DNA of 64,000 nt from an uncultured Bacilli bacterium (GTDB lineage: Bacteria > Bacillota_I > Bacilli_A > RF39 > UBA660). The position numbers were made by a program, and so were the translations under genes. Location of the stretch: positions 369 to 64,368 of the forward strand of contig CAKOXX010000005.1 of assembly GCA_934130405.1 (NCBI GenBank), written 5' to 3'. The notes beneath the pieces are model-generated. The model made no database searches and was not told the origin of the DNA. It worked only from the letters and a program-made list of their open reading frames with translations. Positions 1-9,978 of this stretch are shown piece by piece (the first letter of the stretch is position 1; the number at the start of each line of letters is the position of its first letter).

Positions 1-800
1 AAAAACTAAATAAAGCTCTAATCAGTGAGCTAAAGGAATTTTTTAACTTAAAAAAATTAACTAATCTAAAAAACTGTTTAATAATTGGACTAGGAAATAG
101 ACTATCTACTCCTGATGCTATCGGCCCTTTAACTTTAGATGACATAAAAGTTACAAGACATTTATTTACATTAGGTTTTGATGTTCTAGATAAATATCGG
201 TCTATTGCAACTTTTACCCCTGGAGTAATGGGAACAACTGGCATAGAGACTTATGATGCAGTAATGGGAATAATTGATAATATAAAACCAGATTTTATTA
301 TTGTCATTGATTCTCTTTGTGCCTCTTCAATTGATAGATTAAATAAAACAATTCAGATAACTGATACAGGTATTCATCCTGGCAGTGGCATTGGTAATAA
401 TAGAAAAGAATTATCTTTTGAAACCTTAAATATTCCAGTAATTGCTATTGGTATACCAACAGTAGTAGAAGCCTCAACTATAGTTAGCAATTCGATAGAG
501 TATTTATTTAACCATATCAGTTACGAAATAGACAATAAAGATAAAAAGTCACTAAAGTTTGTTCCTACTATTAGTAGAGATTACAAAGAACACAAGAATA
601 ACTTTACTAAAGCCGAGAAAGAAAATCTTCTAGGAATAGTAGGAGGATTAGATAGTGCATCTAGTAAAGACTTAATGCGCGAAGTATTACTACCTTTAGG
701 ATATAACTATATAGTTAGTTCTAAAGAAATAGACTTTGTAGTTAAAAAAATATCAGCACTGTTAGCAGATTCTTTAAATAATAGTTTACTCCTTCCTTAA
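1..800 (+). CDS. gpr: Germination protease GPR (spore endopeptidase); 5' end cut by the window edge
   Basis: Frame 3 is open from base 3. The translation ...IIGLGNRLSTPDAIGP...VTRHL...FTPGVMGTTGIETYD...VIAIGIPTVV matches the GPR family. The gene sits in the gpr-spoIIP-lepA order typical of endospore formers. Confidence 0.8.
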   Translation, partial: KLNKALISELKEFFNLKKLTNLKNCLIIGLGNRLSTPDAIGPLTLDDIKVTRHLFTLGFDVLDKYRSIATFTPGVMGTTGIETYDAVMGIIDNIKPDFIIVIDSLCASSIDRLNKTIQITDTGIHPGSGIGNNRKELSFETLNIPVIAIGIPTVVEASTIVSNSIEYLFNHISYEIDNKDKKSLKFVPTISRDYKEHKNNFTKAEKENLLGIVGGLDSASSKDLMREVLLPLGYNYIVSSKEIDFVVKKISALLADSLNNSLLLP

Positions 801-855
801 TTATCGACAAATATTCTTCACTTTTTTTGGTATATTACCTAAAAAGAGGTGGAAT

Positions 856-1827
856 ATGGGAAAGAGAATGAATCTTAAAAACAAGAAAAAGAAAAGACAC
901 ATCATTAAGAAAACAATATTCATTATAGTATTTCTCTTTTCTTGCTTTTTTACTATTAGATTATTAGCTAGTATTTCCATTGAGAATCAATCTGATGAAT
1001 TTTTAACCTACTTACTAGAAAATCAAAATATATACTTAGAGGATAATCGAAAAGGCTTCAGTTATTTTCATAAATTAATGATGAATATTATAAACGTCGA
1101 TTTATCAAGTCCATTAACTTTTCTTAATAGAGACTATAAAGGACTAACCAATAACAATATTGTTCAGGTAAGACAAACAGAAACAACTTTTAAGAATAAA
1201 GACCAGAGTAAAAAAAATCCAACTATTTATATATATAATACGCATCAAACTGAAGATTATAAGCCAACTAGTTACTTAGAATATAGTGTGAATCCTAGTG
1301 TTATGATGTCTAGCTATATCTTAGAAGAACAATTAACCAAAAAAGGTTATAAAGTTTTAGTAGAAGAAGAAAGCGTTAGTAAATTAAGAACATCATTAGG
1401 ACTAAATTATGCAGGAAGTTATAAAGTCACCAGAAGTATGATGGAAACAGCCAAGAAAAATAATCCAACACTAAAGTATTATATTGATTTACATCGCGAT
1501 TCACTAACACACGATAAAACAACCTTAACAGCAGATAATAAAAGTTATGCTAAAATATTATTCCTAATAGGATTAGAAAATACCAATTATCAAGAAAATT
1601 TAGATTTTACCACTAAAATAAGTACTTCATTAAACGAAAAAGTTCCAGGACTCAGTAAAGGAATTTACAAAAAAGAAGGACCCCTTGTAAATGGGGTATA
1701 TAATCAAGATTTTTCAAATAGAGTAATATTGGTAGAAGTAGGCGGCAATGAAAACACGATAGAAGAAGTTTATAGAAGCCTAATCGTTCTTGGAGAAGTG
1801 CTTGATGAGGTGATAAAAAGTGACTAA
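856..1827 (+). CDS. spoIIP: Stage II sporulation protein P
   Basis: 323 aa with an N-terminal TM segment. The motifs IYIYNTHQTEDY, YIDLHRDS and LVEVGGNENTIEE are typical of SpoIIP. An AGAGGTGG RBS lies just upstream, and the synteny with gpr and lepA fits. Confidence 0.8.
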   Translation: MGKRMNLKNKKKKRHIIKKTIFIIVFLFSCFFTIRLLASISIENQSDEFLTYLLENQNIYLEDNRKGFSYFHKLMMNIINVDLSSPLTFLNRDYKGLTNNNIVQVRQTETTFKNKDQSKKNPTIYIYNTHQTEDYKPTSYLEYSVNPSVMMSSYILEEQLTKKGYKVLVEEESVSKLRTSLGLNYAGSYKVTRSMMETAKKNNPTLKYYIDLHRDSLTHDKTTLTADNKSYAKILFLIGLENTNYQENLDFTTKISTSLNEKVPGLSKGIYKKEGPLVNGVYNQDFSNRVILVEVGGNENTIEEVYRSLIVLGEVLDEVIKSD

Positions 1828-2143
1828 AAGTGGCATCGCAAGATTAGTTATTTTAATTTTATTCTTCCTGTTCATGATTCTTTATGGAATGCAACTAACC
1901 GGTTATAACGAATATAGACAGAATAGGAAGAGTCTTTTAACAAGTGAAGAGTTATCTAACTATGAAAAAGATATAAAAGCAGGAAAAGATGTCAGTACCA
2001 GTGATTACTTAGCAAAAAAGAAAAAATCCTATAAAAATAACCTTTCTAACTTAGGCTTAGACATATCTAAAGGAATCAGTTTTGTTTTCAATAAAACAAT
2101 GGATGGTTTATTTAAACTAATGGAAGAAGCAGTTAATTCTTAA
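1820..2143 (+). CDS. Small membrane protein in the position of B. subtilis YqxA
   Basis: 107 aa with one N-terminal TM helix (LVILILFFLFMILYGMQ). It overlaps the spoIIP stop by 8 nt, which suggests translational coupling. The YqxA assignment rests on position and loose resemblance only. Confidence 0.45.
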   Translation: MTKSGIARLVILILFFLFMILYGMQLTGYNEYRQNRKSLLTSEELSNYEKDIKAGKDVSTSDYLAKKKKSYKNNLSNLGLDISKGISFVFNKTMDGLFKLMEEAVNS

Positions 2144-2276
2144 AAAATTCCAATAAATAAAAATAGCAAAATGTTCTAGAAAATGTTAAAAAAATTTTGA
2201 AAAAGAAGCGCTACAAGCATTTCAAAAGTTGTTTTCTTATACGAATTAAGGTATACTTTAACTGTGGTGATTTCTA

Positions 2277-4076
2277 ATGAAACAAAAAAACATACGTAAT
2301 TTTTCTATTATAGCACATATAGATCATGGTAAAAGTACTTTAGCAGATAGATTAATTGAATTAACTGGAGCTCTTGATCAAAGACAAATGAAAGACCAAA
2401 TTCTTGATTCAATGGATATTGAAAGAGAACGTGGTATTACTATTAAATTAAATACGGTTACTCTAAACTATAACTATCAAGGAGAAGACTATCAGTTAAA
2501 TTTAATAGATACTCCAGGTCATGTCGATTTCTCTTATGAAGTAAGTAGAAGTCTAGCTTCTTGTGAAGGAGCATTATTAGTAGTGGATGCCCACGAAGGC
2601 ATAGAAGCACAAACACTAGCTAATCTTTACTTAGCACTTGATCATAATCTTGCAATCATTCCAGTAATTAATAAAATAGATTTACCAAATGCTGAAATTG
2701 AAAAGGTTGAAGAAGAGTTAGAAAGCCTTGGTTTTGACAAAAAAGACATCTTAAAAATAAGTGCAAAAACAGGTCAGGGAGTACCATTACTTCTTGAACA
2801 AATCGTTACTAAACTTCCTTGTCCTAAAGGAGAAGAAACAAAACCCTTAAGAGCTTTAATATTTGATAGTATTTATGATTCTTATCGCGGTGTTTTAATG
2901 GCAGTTCGTGTCTTTGACGGTGAATTAAAAGTAGGAGATATGATTTCAATGTTACAAACTGATTCCTCCTATGAAGTATTATCTTTATTCATCAATACTC
3001 CTAAAGAAAAGGAAAAACAAGTCTTAAAAACCGGCGAAGTTGGATATGTCTACGCTTCTATTAAAAGTATCAATGACATTCATGTCGGTGATACCTTAAC
3101 AACAACAAAAACTAAAGATGTAATTGAACCATTACCAGGTTATCAGCCAATGAAAAGTATGGTGTACTGTGGACTTTACCCAATAGAAACAAGTGAATTT
3201 GAGCTCTTAAGAAGTGCCCTAGCTAAACTAAAACTAAATGATGCTGCCTTAACTTTCGAACCCGAAACATCTCTAGCTCTAGGATTTGGGTTTCGCTGCG
3301 GCTTTTTAGGTTTATTACATATGGATGTCACTAAAGAACGTCTTGAAAGAGAATTTTCTATATCTCTAATCGCGACCGCTCCTTCGGTAAAATATCAGGT
3401 ACTATGTCAAGATGGTACAAACTCAACTGTAGAATCACCATTTCAAATGCCTGATAAAAGCAAGATTAAAGAAATAAAAGAACCATATGTAAAAGCCCAT
3501 ATCTACACCCCAAAAGATTATATTGGTCCTATTATTGAATTATCAAATGAAAAAAGAGGAATAATGGAGACAATTGATTATATAACTGACCAAAGAGTAG
3601 TAATAATTTATGATTTTCCATTATCAGAAATAATTTATGACTTCTTTGATAGGTTAAAATCAATCACTAAAGGTTATGCATCCTTTGACTATGAGTTTAT
3701 TGATGATAGGGTAAGTGACTTAGTTAAGCTAGATGTATTATTAAATGGAGAAACAGTTGATGCCTTAAGTATGATTGTTCATCGAAGCTTTGCGGATAAA
3801 AAAGGAAGAGAGCTAGTTGAAAGATTAAAAGAAGTCATTCCAAGACAATTATTTGAGGTACCAGTGCAAGCTAGTGTTGGTGGAAAAATAATTGCAAGAA
3901 CGGATATAAAAGCCTTGAGAAAAAATGTCCTTGCTAAATGTTATGGTGGGGATATCACTAGAAAGAAAAAACTTTTAGAAAAACAAAAAGAAGGAAAGAA
4001 AAAGATGAAACGATTAGGTTCTGTTGAAGTACCTCAAGAAGCTTTCCTTGCTCTTTTAACAAAAGATAAAAATTAG
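2277..4076 (+). CDS. lepA: Translation elongation factor 4 (LepA)
   Basis: 599 aa. GTPase motifs [14 protein letters not shown] and NKID are present, along with the characteristic LepA C-terminal region ([22 protein letters not shown]). Confidence 0.97.
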   Translation: MKQKNIRNFSIIAHIDHGKSTLADRLIELTGALDQRQMKDQILDSMDIERERGITIKLNTVTLNYNYQGEDYQLNLIDTPGHVDFSYEVSRSLASCEGALLVVDAHEGIEAQTLANLYLALDHNLAIIPVINKIDLPNAEIEKVEEELESLGFDKKDILKISAKTGQGVPLLLEQIVTKLPCPKGEETKPLRALIFDSIYDSYRGVLMAVRVFDGELKVGDMISMLQTDSSYEVLSLFINTPKEKEKQVLKTGEVGYVYASIKSINDIHVGDTLTTTKTKDVIEPLPGYQPMKSMVYCGLYPIETSEFELLRSALAKLKLNDAALTFEPETSLALGFGFRCGFLGLLHMDVTKERLEREFSISLIATAPSVKYQVLCQDGTNSTVESPFQMPDKSKIKEIKEPYVKAHIYTPKDYIGPIIELSNEKRGIMETIDYITDQRVVIIYDFPLSEIIYDFFDRLKSITKGYASFDYEFIDDRVSDLVKLDVLLNGETVDALSMIVHRSFADKKGRELVERLKEVIPRQLFEVPVQASVGGKIIARTDIKALRKNVLAKCYGGDITRKKKLLEKQKEGKKKMKRLGSVEVPQEAFLALLTKDKN

Positions 4077-4843
4077 TCCTTAAAGAATATATAAATAATT
4101 CTTAATACAATATCTAAATTTTCTAAATAAGAGTAATGAGTAGAATTCTTAAAAACGATAAGCTCACTATCTCTTATTTTTTTCTTCATTAAAACACCAT
4201 CACTTAATGGAGTAGAAGTGTCCTTATCTCCCCAAAGAATTAATGTTTCTGTTTTAATTTCTTTTAAATAATCTGTAAGATCTAAATTGACAATATTTTT
4301 GAAAGTTTCTCTTTCCAAAGTGTTTAATACTGAATAGTCACTAGAAGCAAATAACTTAAAAAGTTTCTTTTTATATTTTGTACGATATTTTTTTGGAATA
4401 AGTTTTGCCAGCCATTGTAATAATTTATAACACTTTAAGCGCAGCCATTTCCAAACAGTCATTTTTGGCTTTATACCAGCACTATCAATCAAAATTAGTT
4501 TTTTAATTTTTATATTGTACAAACCAGCTAGTAAAATAGCTATTCTTCCCCCAAAAGAATGAGCAATAATATATGGATTAGTAATCTTTTCTTTATCTAA
4601 TAATGTAATAATAAGACTTACATAATCATGCATAGTCAAAACTTTCTTAGGAAATGGTGTCTTTCCAAATCCAGGATAATCTACTAAATATACCGTGTAA
4701 CTGTTTCTTAAAGAACTAATCATTCCTTTAAAAGTATCTTTTGTTTTGCCCCATCCTGGTAAGATAATTGCAACCTCTTTTTGATTACCAAATTTTTCAT
4801 AATAAAGTTTGATACCCTTATAAGTAATGTACATAATAATCAC
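4073..4843 (-). CDS. Alpha/beta-fold hydrolase
   Basis: 256 aa with the nucleophile elbow AHSFGG (GxSxG) and the usual alpha/beta hydrolase layout. It converges on lepA, and the two stop codons overlap. Confidence 0.75.
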   Translation of the reverse strand: MIIMYITYKGIKLYYEKFGNQKEVAIILPGWGKTKDTFKGMISSLRNSYTVYLVDYPGFGKTPFPKKVLTMHDYVSLIITLLDKEKITNPYIIAHSFGGRIAILLAGLYNIKIKKLILIDSAGIKPKMTVWKWLRLKCYKLLQWLAKLIPKKYRTKYKKKLFKLFASSDYSVLNTLERETFKNIVNLDLTDYLKEIKTETLILWGDKDTSTPLSDGVLMKKKIRDSELIVFKNSTHYSYLENLDIVLRIIYIFFKD

Positions 4844-4975
4844 CTAATTTATCATATGAAAAAAATTCAAAAAAGTACGTAAATAAGAACTTAATTCCTC
4901 ACAAAAAATCTATATGTTTTATCAGGATAATCTGTTATAATGATAATAAGGAGGTAATGAAAATAAAAAGGCAAT

Positions 4976-5950
4976 ATGAAAAAAACAATAAAGATAAGGT
5001 TAATTATAATAATATTAATTTCTTCGTTATTATTAACAACTTATCGAATATATCAAAAGTGTCCAAATAATCAAATATCTTTTAAGACTACCTCTGTTTC
5101 TACTACACAAAGATATATAGATAAAGATGTTTCAAATGTAAATGAAGCAATAAATTTAATAAAATCAGACTCAAAAATTCAAGAAAAAAACTGTAATAAT
5201 ATAATAAAAAATATAGATAAAGAAATACAAGAAGAAACACAAATATATGGAGTAAATCTTTGTGAAATGGAACCAGAAACAGCCAGACAAATTTACAATA
5301 CTTTAAATAAGATTTATAAAGAATATAAAGGATTAAAAGGATATGTCACAAACTTAAGCTTAAATAATGATAGTAATAGTTCACATCTAACGTCATTTAA
5401 GCCAAGTTATGTTTTTATAACTAGCTCTAAAAAAGATACTTTTCCAATGGTTATAAAAAGTCAAATCTTGTTGAACTCAAGATATTACTTAAATGAAGAC
5501 TATGCTAAAAAAGTAATAAATCAAGAAATAGACTCTGGAAATTTTCTTTCCAACACTACACTTCAAAGTCTTTTAGCACATGAATATGCTCATGTACTTA
5601 CTTATGTCTTAGCACTTAAGTATTATGAGAGTGTAAATCCCATTTTTCTAACAAAAGAAAATTATAAAAATTACAATAATGCTATTAATAATTATAAAAA
5701 CGATAACTTTAGTAAAATCATATTCAAGGAAGCATACAAAAATTATAATACCACTGAAAGTGAAGATGATTTTCAAAAAGCCATATCACTATATGCCAAT
5801 AAAAAAGATGCATTAGGAAATGTTTTATATAATGAAACAATAGCAGAAGCTTTTCATGATTATTTTTTGCATGGTAAACAAGCTAGTAAAGAATCGTTAG
5901 AAATAATGAAGGTACTTAATAAATATAGTATTAATTATTCAATAAAATAA
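4976..5950 (+). CDS. Membrane-anchored or secreted protein with an HExxH zinc-peptidase-like motif
   Basis: 324 aa with an N-terminal hydrophobic segment and a single HEYAH motif (LLAHEYAHVLTY). I did not recognise a family. Confidence 0.5.
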   Translation: MKKTIKIRLIIIILISSLLLTTYRIYQKCPNNQISFKTTSVSTTQRYIDKDVSNVNEAINLIKSDSKIQEKNCNNIIKNIDKEIQEETQIYGVNLCEMEPETARQIYNTLNKIYKEYKGLKGYVTNLSLNNDSNSSHLTSFKPSYVFITSSKKDTFPMVIKSQILLNSRYYLNEDYAKKVINQEIDSGNFLSNTTLQSLLAHEYAHVLTYVLALKYYESVNPIFLTKENYKNYNNAINNYKNDNFSKIIFKEAYKNYNTTESEDDFQKAISLYANKKDALGNVLYNETIAEAFHDYFLHGKQASKESLEIMKVLNKYSINYSIK

Positions 5951-6039
5951 AAATAAGAAAAATGAAAAACATCTTGAAGTAAATTAAAATATCTTCATAT
6001 ATAATAAAGAAGTCAAATAATAAAGTGAAGATGCTATCA

Positions 6040-6235
6040 AAAGTATTGAAAATTTAGTCAGTTCTAAAACAATAGTAGTGGTTAATAAAAATTATTCCTG
6101 AAACAAATTAAAAATCTTATATATATCAAAAACACAAGTAATACCACTTTACTATACTAGTGGAAATAATGGAACGAATGATAAAACATAATTATCAATA
6201 TTTCTGAATTAAATTTAACAATTGAAAATAAATGA
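6040..6235 (+). pseudogene. Decayed remnant of the 3' end of a paralog of the downstream MBL-fold gene
   Basis: Nucleotide similarity to 7520-7700. For example, ccactttactatactagtggaaataatgg at ~6143 matches ccactttattatactggtggaaataatgg at ~7619 (the PLYYTGGNNG region). The remnant is broken by stops. Confidence 0.4.
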
Positions 6236-6259
6236 AATAGAAAGGAATGTTAGTTAAAA

Positions 6260-7711
6260 ATGAAAAAAGAACTAAAAATAATATTACTATCAATCATTAT
6301 TTTGCTAGTATCTATAGTAAGCTGTATATATATAGATACGGAAAATAATAAAAAAACATTTAATAATAAGGAATCTTTCAATAGTCAAATGGAAGATGAA
6401 GATGAAGAAGATTATTCAATAAAAAACTATCAATACATAAACTTAGGTGTTGATCAAACTACAAAAATAAACTATGATTTTCTAGCTGAAAAATTAGATA
6501 AAATAGAATTTAGTAGTGCAAATGAAGAAATAGCTACAGTAGATCAAGAAGGAAACGTTTATGCTAAAGCAATAGGTAAAACAACAGTCACCTTAAAATA
6601 TAACAGTGGAACAATTGATTTTTATGTTACTGTTAATGATGCTTATACAAGTAATGCTAGTACTACCGATACAAAGGTACACTTTATTTCTTTACGACGA
6701 CCAGATACAGGAGAATTTAAAACAAATGATGCTATATTACTAGAAAGCAATGGCAAATATGCTTTAGTAGATACTGGTTTTGCCGTTACAGCAAATGATT
6801 TATACAATTATTTGATGCAATTTTCAACTAATGGAATATTGAAATTGGAATTTGTTTTAATAACACATAATCATACTGACCATATAGGAGGACTTGCATA
6901 CTTATTAGAAAAAAGTAATATAAAAATAAAAACACTCTATCTAAATAAATATTATAAAAATGATATAATGGCTAAATATATGGGTGCTAATAAGCAAGAA
7001 AACTATGCTATTTATAATAGCGAAAAAAATAAAAAATATGTTATAAATAATCAAATACGATATAACAGAGTAATTACTTTAATGAAACAAAGACATTTAA
7101 GTGATAATAGCAATTTTAATATTTACTATTTATCAGGGGCAGATGATGCACGGCGTGCAACAGGTGGACTAAAATCATTAAGCTTTGGAAATTATACAAT
7201 AAGACTATATAATACAAGACAACAATTAAAGAGCACAAAGATGGATTACAATGGTTTTAACAGTGGTGATTGTATAACAGAATATTGCCGAAATGCTGAT
7301 GGAAACGTAAATACAGTAGTAGCAAAAGTAACAAGTAATGTTAATGGAGTAGTGCACACAACCTTATTAACAGGAGACTTAAATTATCCACAATTGAAAG
7401 GAATAACTAAAACAGTTGGGAAAGTAGATGTCTTTAAAATGCCACATCATGGTGTTTATGCAACTAATAAAGCAAAGAAGTTAACATCTTCAGTAATTAG
7501 AAATAGTCTAAAAAATGCAATAGGATCTAATACAATAGTTGTAGTAACAGCAGCTAAAAGTAAATTTAATAATAGGTCAATATTAGGAATGTTATATGTA
7601 TCCCAAACTTTAGGTAGACCACTTTATTATACTGGTGGAAATAATGGTGCAGACGCTAGAACAATTGTTATTAATTATGCAAGATCAAATTTAGCTGTTG
7701 AATATAATTAG
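6260..7711 (+). CDS. Secreted MBL-fold (ComEC/Rec2-related type) hydrolase with an N-terminal Big_2-like Ig domain
   Basis: 483 aa with a signal/TM segment. A Big_2-like stretch (IATVDQEGNVYAKAIGKTTVTLKY) is followed by the metallo-beta-lactamase motif ITHNHTDHIGG and a later KMPHHG. Confidence 0.7.
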   Translation: MKKELKIILLSIIILLVSIVSCIYIDTENNKKTFNNKESFNSQMEDEDEEDYSIKNYQYINLGVDQTTKINYDFLAEKLDKIEFSSANEEIATVDQEGNVYAKAIGKTTVTLKYNSGTIDFYVTVNDAYTSNASTTDTKVHFISLRRPDTGEFKTNDAILLESNGKYALVDTGFAVTANDLYNYLMQFSTNGILKLEFVLITHNHTDHIGGLAYLLEKSNIKIKTLYLNKYYKNDIMAKYMGANKQENYAIYNSEKNKKYVINNQIRYNRVITLMKQRHLSDNSNFNIYYLSGADDARRATGGLKSLSFGNYTIRLYNTRQQLKSTKMDYNGFNSGDCITEYCRNADGNVNTVVAKVTSNVNGVVHTTLLTGDLNYPQLKGITKTVGKVDVFKMPHHGVYATNKAKKLTSSVIRNSLKNAIGSNTIVVVTAAKSKFNNRSILGMLYVSQTLGRPLYYTGGNNGADARTIVINYARSNLAVEYN

Positions 7712-7724
7712 AAAGGGATTAACT

Positions 7725-8387
7725 ATGAAGACACTAAAAAATATATTTATAGTTTGTTCAATATTAATAATTTGTATTTTAGTAGCATCTATCTATATAA
7801 CACCACTTTATGGACCGAAAAGAATAGAATCAGTAACATATAATTATTTAGATGATGACGATGAAGAAGATGATTTTAGTCCCTATGATGAAATGGCTAC
7901 ACCAAATGATATAGCTGATAATCCTGATGATGCTAATAGTAACTATGATGATAATAGCTATGATGATGATAATGATAACCAAGAAAAAATAGACGACTCT
8001 AGTAGTATTAATCAAAGTCAAGCAAATAATAATTCTAATGCTAATAATGGTAGCAATAATGCAAACAGTAATAATAGTGCTAATTCTAATAATGGAAGCA
8101 ATCAAACTACTAACAATGGAAGTTCAAATAATAATAGTAGCCATAATTCAAATAATAATAGTAGCCATAATTCAAATAATAATAGTAGCCATAATTCAAA
8201 TAATAATTTCTTTACTCCTAATGACAATGACGAAACAAATCAAAATTCAAAAAATAATATTAATTACGAATTAACAGAAGCTGATAAGGCCAAAATGCGT
8301 AAGCAAAAATTAATTCTTTATACCATTGTTTCTATTTATTTGATATTTATAGCAGTATCAGTAATAAGAAAAAAACTAAGAAAATGA
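7725..8387 (+). CDS. Low-complexity D/N/S-rich protein with TM segments at both ends
   Basis: I chose the start at ATG 7725, after AAAGGGA; the ORF track starts at TTG 7698. The protein has an N-terminal TM, an acidic stretch, a long N/S-rich region containing three exact NNSSHNSN repeats, and a C-terminal TM plus basic tail. Confidence 0.6.
   Translation: MKTLKNIFIVCSILIICILVASIYITPLYGPKRIESVTYNYLDDDDEEDDFSPYDEMATPNDIADNPDDANSNYDDNSYDDDNDNQEKIDDSSSINQSQANNNSNANNGSNNANSNNSANSNNGSNQTTNNGSSNNNSSHNSNNNSSHNSNNNSSHNSNNNFFTPNDNDETNQNSKNNINYELTEADKAKMRKQKLILYTIVSIYLIFIAVSVIRKKLRK
8136..8207 (+). repeat. Three exact tandem copies of a 24-bp unit (agtagccataattcaaataataat) inside the CDS
   Basis: Read directly from the sequence. 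The units occupy 8136-8159, 8160-8183 and 8184-8207. They are in frame and encode SSHNSNNN three times. Confidence 0.9.
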
Positions 8388-8634
8388 TGAAAATATATTA
8401 AGATAGACCTATTCTATATCAGCAGTAAGCTATGTTCGATTTTGGAATAGCAAAATATTTATTAATAAAAAGCTGGTAGTGTTTTGTTTGTGGTACAAAA
8501 CATGATAGAGACACTAACACCTATAGGGATAGTAGGTTACATAAGCCCATCATCTAAAGACAATGGTAAGTTCACATTATCAAATATTAAACTAGCTATT
8601 ATAAATAAGTTAGTTTTTTATTTATTTAACAATA

Positions 8635-8663
8635 TTTACACACTATGTTATAAATGCTATAAT
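8635..8663 (+). promoter_or_regulatory. Putative sigma-A promoter for the 8687 gene
   Basis: TTTACA (8635-8640), a 17-nt spacer ending in TGc, then TATAAT (8658-8663). The start codon is 24 nt downstream. Confidence 0.5.
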
Positions 8664-8686
8664 AACAGCAGTTAGGGGGGAAAATA

Positions 8687-9847
8687 ATGAATATTTTTGA
8701 AAAAATTTATAAATTAATTAATATTGAAGAACCAAATGAATCAAAAAAATATGAAGAAAGTTTATCACAAAATATATCTTCAACAGAAACATATTCAGAT
8801 GACTATAAAGAATTATTTGCTAGAAGAATAAATGATTTTCTAACTGATTATAAAAAGAATCTTCTAATAGAAGAACAAAGTCCTACCTATGTTGATTCAC
8901 GAATGACAGAAATGAAAAACTTTATTGAAAAAATGGCCATTATATATGAAATCATTTATCCAGATATATCTTTTCTTCAAGCAGAAGATAAATTTATAAA
9001 TGACTCTTATGTTAATCAAGTTATGTTTAAAGATAATAAATATCTAAATGATACTTTAGAAGAAGAAACATTACTTGAAGAATTAGAATGGAATAAATTT
9101 ATTGGGGTAAAACCAATGATAAAAATATTGTCTGAACAAGAAAAAGAATTACTACGAAAACCTAGTTATAATATGTTGATTAATTTGAAATCTAGTGGTT
9201 TTTGGGATCCTTGGGATAGTTTAACGTTAACAAAAAGAGGAGTTATTAGAAAAACTAGACTTAACAAAAGAAAATCAGCCTTGAAAGATGAAGATTTAAT
9301 TGGATGTCGAGCTTCCAAAGTAGTAGAACGACTAAAAAATAAAAATATTCCAGAAACAGCTTATATCGAACTAGCAAATGAAGTTACAAGAGTAGATAGA
9401 TTAAATAAGCAAAGAGATGCAATGTTAGAATGTATTATGTTTCGTATAATGGAAAGAGGATATGACTTTCTAGGAGCTAGAAGAGCCTTATTATTTGCTA
9501 ATGATTTTAGCTTGGTTTTAGAAAAACCACTTATTTATGAAATAAATGGAACTACCGAAGACTTTAATGTTGCTGCATTCTTAAGAAAATATAGTGATTT
9601 AGGAGGAAATCTAGATAATGCTAAGAACTTAATGTTCAGTGAAGATTCAAAATATACTTGGTGTTATGATAGTAAGATGGAGTTAGAAGAAGACCTTAAA
9701 TCAGAAGAAGAAAAGGCGAAAGAACAAGAATTGCGTCAAAGATTAGTAACAAGTTTATATGGAAATATCAATCAAGAAGAATTAGCACAAGAGAAAGTAA
9801 AGCACCTAAGACTTGAAAGAAGATTAAACAGAAAGAAAAATGACTAA
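8687..9847 (+). CDS. Hypothetical protein (386 aa, charged, no TM)
   Basis: A long ORF with a GGGGGG-containing RBS and its own promoter. I did not recognise a family. Confidence 0.6.
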   Translation: MNIFEKIYKLINIEEPNESKKYEESLSQNISSTETYSDDYKELFARRINDFLTDYKKNLLIEEQSPTYVDSRMTEMKNFIEKMAIIYEIIYPDISFLQAEDKFINDSYVNQVMFKDNKYLNDTLEEETLLEELEWNKFIGVKPMIKILSEQEKELLRKPSYNMLINLKSSGFWDPWDSLTLTKRGVIRKTRLNKRKSALKDEDLIGCRASKVVERLKNKNIPETAYIELANEVTRVDRLNKQRDAMLECIMFRIMERGYDFLGARRALLFANDFSLVLEKPLIYEINGTTEDFNVAAFLRKYSDLGGNLDNAKNLMFSEDSKYTWCYDSKMELEEDLKSEEEKAKEQELRQRLVTSLYGNINQEELAQEKVKHLRLERRLNRKKND

Positions 9848-9978
9848 AATTGTTTATCAAATGGACAATTTTTTTTCTTCTGTTTAATACTTTCTCTTCT
9901 GTGGTATAATAATTGATGAGATTTGTATTTAAAAAAAGAAAGATATATGTTATTATACAATAACTGAAAAGAGGAGCT

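Noticed and set aside
801-855. A sporulation sigma (sigma-E or sigma-F type) promoter upstream of spoIIP (AAATATT ... GTATATTA)
   Set aside because: The match is only a loose resemblance to the Bacillus consensus. In DNA this AT-rich I cannot distinguish it from chance, so I did not report it as a feature.
8136-8207. Tandem repeats as a possible CRISPR array or non-coding satellite
   Set aside because: The units are directly adjacent with no spacers, only three are present, and they are in frame within a CDS. No CRISPR-like repeat-spacer structure exists anywhere in the window.
7848-8274. ORFs 7848-8105 (-) and 8038-8274 (+) from the six-frame track
   Set aside because: They are alternative-frame or antisense readings of the low-complexity AAT/GAT-rich gene at 7725-8387. 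Their Ile-rich nonsense composition, the lack of an RBS, and their complete containment in a better gene argue against them.
8484-8675. A 63-aa ORF between the low-complexity gene and the 8687 gene
   Set aside because: It has a TTG start without a convincing RBS. Its 3' part is occupied by a good promoter (TTTACA-17-TATAAT) for the next gene, and its composition looks non-coding.
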